DNA from: Eledone cirrhosa
Taxonomy: Eukaryota
Direction of reading: 5' to 3'
Length of the DNA: 64,000 bases
Assembly (NCBI GenBank): GCA_964016885.1
Contig: OZ024743.1
Coordinates: 43,834,001-43,898,000, forward strand
Position 1 is the first letter of the stretch, and every line of letters starts with the position of its first letter. The translations under genes were made by a program, and so were the position numbers. Positions 1 through 13,171 of the stretch are shown one piece after another. The notes beneath the pieces were generated by a model. The model searched no databases. It was not told where the DNA came from and saw only the letters and a program-made list of their open reading frames with translations.

Positions 1-15
1 ACACTTGGAGTAATG

Positions 16-951
<936 letters not shown>

Positions 952-1533
952 GTATGTGTGTATAAAGAAAGAAACATATCGAGTATACACTTGCAATCTT
1001 TGAAAGGCTGTCAGGATTTCAATGATATTGAATGAACATGGTTCAAATTGATATCTCTTTAAGATTCTATTTGGTTGTTTGACAATAGTCAAGGAATCAA
1101 GTATAGGATGTTATTAGTACACCACGACGTTCGTGCATTAGGATCATGTGAAACTACTAGAAATAACTACGTCAATATTTAATGCTGTTGTAGTTCAGTC
1201 AATATGTCATGTGAGATGCCAAAATTGGAAGCTGTGTGACTAGTGTAATTTTAGTGAATATGTCATATGACAGAATGAACAAATACATGCATTTGCGTAA
1301 ATTTGTGTGTGGCTGTTAAAGTTTATTCGATATCTGGTTTATTTCATACAAATATAAAGTGGGGAGACTTGGAACTTTGTAGACCTGTTTGTTACACAAA
1401 GGTCACAAGAAATAAAAATGGACTTATATATGTATACAGTGTGCACAGTGTTCTCCTTCTCTTTGTATACACACTTACAAAACGCACTCACACACACTCC
1501 CACCCACACCCTCACTGACACACACACAAACAG

Positions 1534-1631
<98 letters not shown>

Positions 1632-1756
1632 GTTTATCCCGGGTTCAATTGGGGGTAACCACAGCAGGTAAGGTACTCAATACAAAGCAGAGTATAAATA
1701 TTTAATATAGAAAAGGCTTCTACAGGACTGTTTTATTCGGGAGAAATCATCAGAAA

Positions 1757-1844
<88 letters not shown>

Positions 1845-2519
1845 AACTATATAACTTCGCTAAATTAACATTATTATGAAAACATTTTCAATGTTGGAAC
1901 AAAATATTTGAATCTACAAATTATTCTCCCCTTACAACTTGAACTACGTCTTTTTTATGTAAAATGCAAAATCAACGTCCTTCGTAATTCATATGAGATA
2001 TGTAAACAAGTAATAATAGTGACTTATTTCTATTTCTATAAAATCGACAAAAATACTTATACATATACAATTATTAATATATATAGATATATATACTTAC
2101 AACCTGTTGTAAAGTAATAAGATAACATGTTATTACAACCATAATTCTTCATATAATCTAATTGATTATATATACAATATTATAACTCAAAATATAGCTA
2201 AATATTTTTTGAATTCTGGAATCATACCCACCATTCCTACAAATTGTTAATTAACTTTAAATTTACGTAAACACAAACTCTTCTTTATTTCTTTTTTTCT
2301 TGCTACTCATATATACATATATCTTAATTATTTAAATCTCCATAGCGTCTAGAAATAACGTTTTTTTTCCAGCCCTATACCTCAACCTCATTTGCATACT
2401 CATCTTAATAATTTGAAATATCTTACTTTTCTTCTCTTTTCCTTCACTATCCATGAAAACCTTGAACCGTTAAGGTATTTTTTCTGGTTATGTCAATATT
2501 TATGAAACAAATGTTGTAT

Positions 2520-2694
2520 TTTATCTGATAAGAGCGTACCAAAGTGTTGGTACCCTTGAGATATATATAATAGAATAAATACGGTTTTATAAATATAGTT
2601 TCCATTAATTTAATATCATTGAATATTATACTCCAGAAAAAATGTTATAAACATTTATATTTGTTGAATTACCAACAAATTGAATATCCTTTTG

Positions 2695-2700
<6 letters not shown>
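2520..2700 (+). mobile_element. PLE terminal repeat (family also at 10.3, 35.4, 36.2 and 38.0 kb) with degenerate HHR-like motif
   Basis: ttat-CTGATAA-gagcgtacc...ggtaccctt-GAGATATATATAA, followed by the shared tail ggttttataaatatagtttccatt, ending in (TA)n. Confidence 0.55.
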
Positions 2701-2759
<59 letters not shown>

Positions 2760-2854
2760 TGTTGAAGTTTCTGTGGAAAAAGTAAAAGGAATGAAGAGTG
2801 CACTATGTAAGTAACATAGCTAAATATTTAATGTATAATAAACAACACAGTATA

Positions 2855-2907
2855 ATTACCTCATTACCTGACGAACGATTACGGGAAACCTCGGGTAATG
2901 AGGTAAT
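2855..2907 (+). repeat. Fold-back hairpin enclosing HHR-like core
   Basis: attacctcattac-CTGACGA-acgattacgg-GAAACCTC-gg-gtaatgaggtaat. The same tail (cattaccagaggtttc) recurs at ~8190 and ~27375. Confidence 0.5.
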
Positions 2908-4289
2908 ACACAGATTTATTTGGGCTTTGCAATCATAAATCCTTCAAGACCTTTCACATAGTATATAGCTAATGTCCTATAACTTTTTCCAAGAATAACG
3001 GTTAATTATTTACACATATTTTTTTACATATATATTCTTTTTACATAAATATTTTTTTTATATATATATATATTTGTTTACACATATTTCATTATATTCC
3101 ACAATGTATTAATTTAGTTTTCTCACCATATGTTACGCGTTTGACTTTTTTTCGATAGCCTTAAATGTTCGTTGAAACGTTCGTAGATTTTGTATACAAA
3201 CTATGACGTCATATGTTTTTTCTACGTTTCTAAACCTTTCTAGCAATTTCCTTTATTTACTTGTTGATATTAAATAATAATTAAATAGTATACCCCACAT
3301 ATATAGATTTTTAATAGAAATGTTTTATTTTGACAGATAGAATATATATTTTTTATTTTTTTTTATTTTATTATTTTATTTTATTTTATTTTATTTTATT
3401 TTATTTTATTTTATTTTATTTTATTTTATATAAAAAAAAATATTTATACTTATTTTAATTTAATTTAATTTTATTTTATTAATACATTTTTACACTTCTT
3501 ACTCCAATGTTTAGTATTTAAACCAAATATAAAATAATATACCCAGTTTCTATATTTTAGACCTCTAATATTTGAATACCATCTATAATATTCGCACATA
3601 CACCTCATCAATCTACTTTTTAGCCGTTATTTACAGCTGTTTTCATTTTGACAGCGTTCCTGATCAAAAGTCTGTCTCTCTCTCTCTCTTTCTCTCTATT
3701 TCTCTCTTTTCCTTCTTTCTTTTTCCTTTTTCTCCTTCTTCTCCCCTTTTTTTTCTATTTTCCTATCTTTTTCTTACTCTAATATTTTTTGTCATATGTA
3801 GGGTTTGCACTTTCCTGTAAACAAGTGTTTTTAGGCCTCACATCATGTTACCTTATTTTATCTGATGAGGACACAATTTTTGTCCCAGGATGATGTTGTT
3901 TTCTTCTTTAATATATATATATATATATGTGGGGGGGAGTCCGTGTGTGTGTGTGTGTGCGTGTATGTGTGTGTGTGCGTGTATGTGTGTTTGTGTGTGC
4001 GCGTGTGTCTGTGCGAACTACTGTGTGTGCGCGTGTGTGTGTATAGTAATGTGTGATATATTCATTTATATGCTATAAATGTCTAGACTAATCTGTACTT
4101 CTAAATGACAACACAGTCTATTGCATATACACAATTGAAATGGAGATAAAATATGAATGTTACTGATATCCTGAAGAAATACATATGAAGTTAATATACA
4201 GATGACTTCGGTAGACAGTGTTCCTATATCATATCCTTCATCTATGTCGTTATGAGCGTCGTCCCTTCTTGATGTCGTCAATATAAACA

Positions 4290-4473
4290 TCGTCGTTGAT
4301 ATCATCATCATCATGATCATCATCATTATCATCATCGTTGTCGTCGTCATGATCGTCATCATCACCATTATCATCATCGTCGTGGCCGGCACCGTCATCA
4401 TCATCGCCATCATCACCATCATCACCGTCATCATCATCATCACCATCATCAACGTCAGCATCATCGTCGTCAC

Positions 4474-4514
<41 letters not shown>

Positions 4515-4642
4515 CCATCATCACCATTACCATCACCATCATCATCACCATCACCATCATATCATCATCATCATCATCACCATCATCACCATCACCGTTA
4601 TCATCCTCATCATCATCATCATCATCATTATCATCATCATCA
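4290..4642. repeat. Degenerate (ATC)n trinucleotide repeat
   Basis: Direct reading; a second tract lies at ~6230-6530. Confidence 0.9.
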
Positions 4643-4716
4643 TGCTGGAAATCACTGGAACATATGTCGACGTTGGCCCCGTTAGTAAGATATATTTTTC
4701 TGTTTAAATAATGCAG

Positions 4717-5960
4717 TCAACATCATCATCATCATCTATGTCAACACCAGTGACGTCTCTATTGTCAGCATCAACATCATCATCATCTATGTCAACACCA
4801 GTGACGCCTCTATTGTCAGCATCAACATCATCATCATCTATGTCAACACCAGTGACGCCTCTATTGTCAGCATCAACATCATCATCATCTATGTCAACAC
4901 CAGTGACGTCTCTATTGTCAGCATCAACATCATCATCATCTATGTCAACACCAGTGACGCCTCTATTGTCAGCATCAACATCATCATCATCTATGTCAAC
5001 ACCAGTGACGCCTCTATTGTCAGCATCAACATCATCATCATCTATGTCAACACCAGTGACGTCTCTATTGTCAGCATCAACATCATCATCATCTATGTCA
5101 ACACCAGTGACGCCTCTATTGTCAGCATCAACATCATCATCATCTATGTCAACACCAGTGACGCCTCTATTGTCAGCATCAACATCATCATCATCTATGT
5201 CAACACCAGTGACGTCTCTATTGTCAGCATCAACATCATCATCATCTATGTCAACACCAGTGACGCCTCTATTGTCAGCATCAACATCATCATCATCTAT
5301 GTCAACACCAGTGACGCCTCTATTGTCAGCATCAACATCATCATCATCTATGTCAACACCAGTGACGTCTCTATTGTCAGCATCAACATCATCATCATCT
5401 ATGTCAACACCAGTGACGTCTCTATTGTCAGCATCAACATCATCATCATCTATGTCAACACCAGTGACGTCTCTATTGTCAGCATCAACATCATCATCAT
5501 CTATGTCAACACCAGTGACGCCTCTATTGTCAGCATCAACATCATCATCATCTATGTCAACACCAGTGACGCCTCTATTGTCAGCATCAACATCATCATC
5601 ATCTATGTCAACACCAGTGACGTCTCTATTGTCAGCATCAACATCATCATCATCTATGTCAACACCAGTGACGCCTCTATTGTCAGCATCAACATCATCA
5701 TCATCTATGTCAACACCAGTGACGCCTCTATTGTCAGCATCAACATCATCATCATCTATGTCAACACCAGTGACGTCTCTATTGTCAGCATCAACATCAT
5801 CATCATCTATGTCAACACCAGTGACGTCTCTATTGTCAGCATCAACATCATCATCATCTCTGTCAACACCAGTGACGCCTCTATTGTCAGCATCAACATC
5901 ATCATCATCATCTATGTCAACACCAGTGACGCCTCTATTGTCAGCATCAACATCATCATC
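4717..5960. repeat. 51-bp minisatellite, ~24 copies
   Basis: Unit tcaacatcatcatcatctatgtcaacaccagtgacg[c/t]ctctattgtcagca; gives 17-aa repeat ORFs on both strands. Confidence 0.97.
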
Positions 5961-6705
5961 TCTGTCACCATCACTATCAACATCATCTCTATTATCATCA
6001 TTAGAATCATATTCTTCATCATTATTACGATGTTCCCCCCTCACTGTTGCACTTATTGACAATATAGACTCCCAATACTTATTACTCCTATAGAAATGTT
6101 GTAGGAGTCACATGCCTGTATAGATATGACATAGATGTTCCTTTGACTAATATTGACAGATCTGTCATATCTGGAGCAGAAGTTCTACTTAAATACTATT
6201 CAATTCTATACTCCTGCACGCATTCCTAATCATCCCCCTCCTCCTCTACTTACACCTCCTACTCTCTCCACTCCTCATCATCAACCTCCCCATTCCTCCC
6301 CCGCCTCCTCCTCATCAGCATCATCATCATCATCATCATTATTATCATCACCATCATCACTATCATCCTCCTTCTCCACTTTCTCATCATCACCGCCATC
6401 ATCACCATCCTTCTCCTACTCCCCATCCGCTTCATCATCATCATCATCATCCTCATCAGCATCGGCAGCATCGCCATCATCATCATTATCATCATCATCA
6501 TCAGCAGCAGCAGCAGCATCATCATCATCATATAAATACTGCTTGATGAGATTATACTCATGTAACCGGGTGTCGATGGGTGTGCGAACATTTTAAAGGG
6601 TCCACCAGAAATATTAATATAAACACCGGAGAGATGCAAAAGACACCTTCGAGAGTTTACTGAACACACAAGCCGAATCTGCTAGGCACTGTAGTCGGGA
6701 TTTAA

Positions 6706-6790
<85 letters not shown>

Positions 6791-6791
6791 A

Positions 6792-6840
<49 letters not shown>

Positions 6841-6844
<4 letters not shown>

Positions 6845-7604
6845 GGTTTTCTCTGTTAATGTATTGAATATTATACTCTTGATTTGGCCTGAGATGAATA
6901 TTTCCAGATACCTTTTAAGCGTAACTTTCCGTATTTTTTATTATTATTATGAAATATTGATCGTTATTCTGGTATCATATCTCTGTTTTTAGCCTAAGAA
7001 AATACCTATATGTGTCTATAATTAATACATACATACATTTATTTTTTAAAAATCTAATTGAGTTCTTCACACGCAGGGTTAAAATTGTTGAAAAAATTAA
7101 TTGACCCACGTGTAAATTATTTTACTTTCTTGTGGTTGGCGATTGCCTCCCTTTTCCGCTTCATGACGCTATGAGATTCCTCAGTCTGAGACTGCTGGAA
7201 TTTCGAATTTGGCGGTCATTACGATGCGGAGAGGGACCATTGCTGACATGAAAATTTGACATTGGTAAGAGAGTTTTTGTTATATCGATGTTTGACGGGC
7301 ATCCACTGATGATGTATAAGTGCCCACCTGCATATGTTCCTACGGAAAGATGAGCAGGCTTCTACATAACCCGGAAACATTCTCCCAACTTGTAGAAAAC
7401 TTATAATGAAACAATTGTTTGGAAAGGGAGATATATTTTAATTTTAATTATGTCTCATATAAAATAATACAACTGGCTTTCCGCAAAATACATATAGTTA
7501 GCACCCCAAACGTAAAATTGGGATTATACTAAGGTATATCCTAATGTTTGTTGAGTGAGATGGAAGCCAGTCAGAATATAGCTTAAGGCTTTCTCTGTTA
7601 ATGT

Positions 7605-7608
<4 letters not shown>
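6841..7608. mobile_element. Insert between (TA)n tracts with ~26-bp terminal direct repeat
   Basis: ttaaggttttctctgttaatgtattg at 6841 and ttaaggctttctctgttaatgtattg at ~7583. Internal CTGATGA...GAAA at ~7307-7382. Confidence 0.45.
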
Positions 7609-7651
<43 letters not shown>

Positions 7652-7763
7652 ATCTATCTATCTATCTATCTCTCTCTCTATTTCTCTCGCTTTCTCTCTC
7701 GTTCTCACTCTGGCTCTATCTTTCTCTCTCTCCCTCATTATAAATATATATGTTAAAAATAAT

Positions 7764-7830
7764 AATTATGCATGGAGCAAATTATTCATTAAAGTAATTA
7801 CTTTAATGAATAATTTGCTTCATGCATAAT
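7764..7830. repeat. Near-perfect ~66-bp palindrome
   Basis: attatgcatggagcaaattattcattaaagtaa|ttactttaatgaataatttgcttcatgcataat. Confidence 0.9.
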
Positions 7831-7998
7831 ACCAAAAAACGTTTTTACATTAAATATTTAATTACAATCGTTTCGTCTCTTATCGGGACTTATCGAAATA
7901 GATTATTCATAACTAAATATTTCCTTATAAAAACACACCAAGCGGCTCTACAATGCTCAGTTAAGTAGATTGTTTACATTAAAAAGGAAGCCATACTG

Positions 7999-8127
<129 letters not shown>

Positions 8128-8296
8128 GGTGTGTATGTGTGTGTGTGTGTGTGTAATTATGTAATAAACAACATAAGACAAATATTCCATTTACCAGAGG
8201 TTTCCCAAAGACAGACGAGCTCAACAGAGACGTGTGAAATCGTTAAATCGTTCATCAGAAGCTGATGTTGCAGATGTGCAAGGAAATAACTTTGAT

Positions 8297-8354
<58 letters not shown>

Positions 8355-8355
<1 letters not shown>

Positions 8356-8659
8356 TTAAAGTATACGATAAACACGTAATGTGTTTACATTGCAACAGAC
8401 AAAGTTAGCTATTAATGAAATAAACTAATAAAAGTGAATACAATTTGTCTGTCTCGAGGTTCAAATTCGTCTACAGAACAGGTTTGAATTTAGAAATTTA
8501 AATATGTCCAGGAATCATGGCTGTTGCCAATATAATATTGTCTTTATTGACTTATATCGAGACAGACAAATTGTATTCACTGTTATTAGTTTATTTCATT
8601 AATAGCTAACTTTGTCTGTTGCAATGTAAACACATTACGTGTTTATCGTATACTTTAAA
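8355..8659. repeat. 103-bp inverted arms with ~100-bp spacer, adjacent to (TA)n
   Basis: 8355-8457 is the reverse complement of 8557-8659 (about 1 mismatch). Confidence 0.9.
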
Positions 8660-8735
8660 GGTATTGACTGCTCGGAAGAGACCCTTCCTGGAGCTTAATT
8701 ATTGTAAATGACTGAGAGTTTATTCTCAAAATATA

Positions 8736-8800
<65 letters not shown>

Positions 8801-9009
8801 TTATTTATATCTGCACTTTTAACCGCTGATTGCCAAATAAATTAACTATTGAGATTTAAAAGATACAGAAGCGAAAACCAACCAAACAGTGAGTGTGTTC
8901 TGTTATTATTTCGGGCAATATTATTACAATATGTCCAAGTTTAACATTATATATGGGTAGTTGTAAATCAAACCGCGGCGTCAATGGTTTCAGCCTGTGT
9001 TTTATATAT

Positions 9010-9322
9010 ATAGCTCATTGGTTAGTGTACTTACCATCCTGAGGTTCTGAGTTCTAATCCCGGGCTGGGTGATACGTTGTGCCAGAAGAAAATCATTTAT
9101 TTCACGTAGCTCAGTTTACTCAGTTCTAGATATGTTTCGATGACCTTGGTTCCAAGCTGTATCAGTCTTTACCTTGCCTTGAATAGTGTCGTTGGTGTAG
9201 AGGGGAGACAGTTATGCATAGATGACTGCTGGGATTCCACAATCTTGCTCGATCTTGTGCCTAGGATGGGAACATTCTATGTACAAATCCCATGGTCATT
9301 CCTGAACGGACAGGACTTTTAC
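9010..9322 (+). mobile_element. Degenerate tRNA-derived SINE (related to 38508 copy)
   Basis: A-box-like agctcattggttag, B-box-like gagttctaatcc, then ttatttcacgtagctc as in the 38508 copy. Confidence 0.55.
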
Positions 9323-9335
9323 CCTCTCTCTCCCC

Positions 9336-9420
<85 letters not shown>

Positions 9421-9506
9421 CGCCCTTGTGTGTGTGTGCGGAGAAAGATATAAATCACGCTTAGTGTATAAACAGCGAATATTTGAAAATTAGCTAGTAA
9501 CATGTG

Positions 9507-9554
<48 letters not shown>

Positions 9555-9569
9555 CATATAAGGAACCAA

Positions 9570-9645
<76 letters not shown>

Positions 9646-10155
9646 ATTATTTAAAATATTAACTGTGAATACAAACTCAGTGGGATGTAAGGTCAGGACA
9701 TTGAGAAATAGTGGTAAAAACATATTTTGCCTGTGGCTTTAGTATTTCCATTTATATATGGCAAAACTATTCACACTAAATATGTAATTATGATAGTAAA
9801 AAAACAAAAAAAACGAAAACAAACGAGACACTAACTAAAAATATATATAAGTATACCAAGATAACCTTGTCTGGTGACTATGTCAGGAATAGAAAACAAC
9901 GTGTCCAATAACATCTAAAAATATTAGCTATTATTACTGTAGCATAAAGCAACGTCAACGACACCGTACATGTAACTGTTTGGTTGAAACAACAATCACT
10001 TCACATCACACAACAATCAGATCACATCAGGATAGTTGCCTTAGAAATGAAGAAATGATTTATTTATATGTATTATATCTGTGTGAAAGATATTAGATAC
10101 TGATTAAGAAAATATACAGAGGAAGAGGAGGAGATATGTACATTGAAATACAGAA

Positions 10156-10500
<345 letters not shown>

Positions 10501-11582
10501 AAATGCAACCTTCACGGTTGGGGTCTCCTGGATAGTGGAGATATTAGATTTATTGTTGGTTTAGTATGCAAGCGCTTTCATACCCCCCCCCCCATTTATA
10601 TATATTTGGGGGGTATGAAAGCGCATTAGACGATTAGGACAGAGAGAGGAGACATATATATATATGTGTGTGTGTGGGTGTGTGGGTGTGTGTGTGTGTA
10701 AATTAGGAAATAAGAAAGAGGAATAAGAGAGATTGCATGTAAAATGGTGAATGAGGAAGCAAAAACGGTTTAGATATTGAATGAAGATATTCGGCTAAAA
10801 ATAATGAAAGTATGGAAATGTACCAAAAATACATATTTATGTATGAGGTATGATCACTGATTACGACAGAAACCTAAATACAATCGGATCAATGGTACAC
10901 GGATTCATATGAAACATATTAGTATGTTAGACTGAAATATTAACTTACAAGTCAATCTGATAAGGCACTCTACAACAGAGAGAGATATAGATTATTGCAT
11001 CATTGTAACTGAGTTTGCCAATCAATGTGCATTTGACTGTGGCTGCTGACTGCATTCTTGATTTTTGCAGCTGTACAAATCTTTATTTTCTTTGAAAATA
11101 CAGACATAGAGGGAAACTGAATGATTAAACATATAATTACCTACTTTTTTCAGAGAATCATTGCCAGCAAGTAGCTTCTACTCGATATCGTAAAATAGTT
11201 ACGGTGTTTACTTAAATTAGATATTAATTTCGATTTTCGGGGCATTGTAAACATTATATATTTCAAAATTGCTCAATTTACTACTACCCAAATAATTGTA
11301 TTTATTAAGACATGTATTTAAAATGAAGCAGTCCATATTTATTATTTAATCTTTTATTCTTTTTACTAGCTTCCGAAATTAGATTGTGACCACAATGTAG
11401 CTCTTCTTTCATTTCCTCGGTCATATCAATTCTTATATTTTCAAGCCTGATTCTAATGTTATTGATTTCGTTTTGTACTGAATATAACAGTGCTGAATAT
11501 AAACCTAGAGACAGACATACACGTACACACACATTGACGCACATACCAACACACACTCACTCACGCACATACACACTCACGC

Positions 11583-11641
<59 letters not shown>

Positions 11642-11672
11642 AAGAATCAAAGAATTGTTCAAAACATTTTTA

Positions 11673-11719
11673 TGCTTACAACTGTTTCCTCCAAACCGAG
11701 GTTTGGATTCTTCGGAGCA
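11673..11719 (-). ncRNA. Minimal type-I hammerhead ribozyme (U4C variant) at PLE 3' end
   Basis: tgct-CCGAAGA-a-tccaaacc-tc-ggtttgga-g-GAA-ACAGTTGT-A-agca: stem I tgct/agca, 8-bp stem II, near-palindromic stem III, GUA site. Confidence 0.7.
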
Positions 11720-13171
11720 ATTTATTAATGAATGAACACTTATATGACCCCCTTTTCACCCAAGAGACATACAGATACATATGCAAATATTGTGGGTCAA
11801 CATTCATTACAGCATTTAGAGTGGCAGTACACACTTAGAGATTACATTCATATTAAAAGATACAATCAAAAATACAGGTTAAAATACAACATGAAAATAA
11901 GCGGTTATATAGTGCAAATGTTATATGTGTGGCAAGCACGTGCGTCTTGTTTATATAGTGTGGCAGAGAGTTACGTGTAGTAGAAGCACTTAGGTAGGTA
12001 AACAAGAGTGTTAGGTTGGTTGATCTGGTGGCAAATTCTTTATATGATTGTTATAGTCTGTGTGTGGAGAAATGATATAAGCATTAAAAATAGTGCAAGC
12101 ATTAAGAATATTAAAAATATTAAAAATATTGGAAATGCACAGCGAAGGGATGTTATGGACTTCATGTACTTCGACATTTTCATAGTCAGGGGAGTGTATT
12201 TTTCAGATTATATGCCCCTCACATAATCCACGACAATTTGATATTGAGCGTTTGACAATCCAGTTAGAGAATCGTAGTCTGATGTTCTTTAGTTCAATAC
12301 AGGAGGATGTTACGTTTCGAGAATCGACATTGAAATACTACCCGGAAGTGTGTGTGTGGCTAAGGGGAGTTAATGCATGAGGGGAGGTAACTCCGAGGTT
12401 TCTATTACTAACTATTGAAATGTGTCTCAAAATATACCCTAATTTCTATGGTTATGCGCAACTTCTAAAAGATGTTCTAAAGCTTAAAGTGTTTTAACTA
12501 TAGAGTAGTCTATTAAGTTGTACCGAAGGTGTTCGTATTATTATGGTGAATTGACCCCCATTGTAGGGTGCCACAAATGAATATTATAGACGACGAGCGA
12601 GGATTCTAAATTAATGATCTCTGTGGTTGTAGTCTACTCATAGGACCAGGCGCGGTGATTGCAGAATCACTTCAACACACAGTGATCTCTGGTAAGCTCT
12701 GGGTCATCGCTTGCTACATTGGATGTCGAAAGATAATCATCACCAGGGCCGACCAGAAGTCAATCCGCAGTCCTCATGACCCCACTCAGACCATCAAATC
12801 ATCCATATATGTACAACTCGCACGCCAGTTGCAATACATTCATTCTGCACTCAGCGTACCGGTCATACTGCTCAACAGCGTTACTAGATTAAATCGTTTT
12901 TCAGCTGTCCAACGAAGGCACTTCCTCCGCACAACACTAACAAGACAATCAATTCATGCTTAAATTACCTATAGAGCGGTGTTGTGCAGTTCAAGTGGGT
13001 GGATGTTGTCACACCTAACGTAGAGGTATAAATGGGTATTCGCCCTGCGAAGGGTTCAAGAGGGATGTCGCTGTTTGTGTTATATTAGATCAGTTAGTGT
13101 TGGGTATGTGGTATAAGGTGTGCCCCTGGTGTTTGATGCTAGAGGTGGTGTTTGGTTCAAGTCCGACATTG

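Noticed and set aside
3862-3890. Hammerhead (CTGATGA-ggaca..tgtcc)
   Set aside because: No GAAA box follows stem II; truncated remnant at best.
4717-5960. CRISPR-like regular array
   Set aside because: No unique spacers, no cas genes, eukaryotic context; it is a tandem repeat.
11305-11556. Possible coding exon (VQNEINNIRIRLE...)
   Set aside because: Plausible acceptor but weak donor and no recognisable domain.
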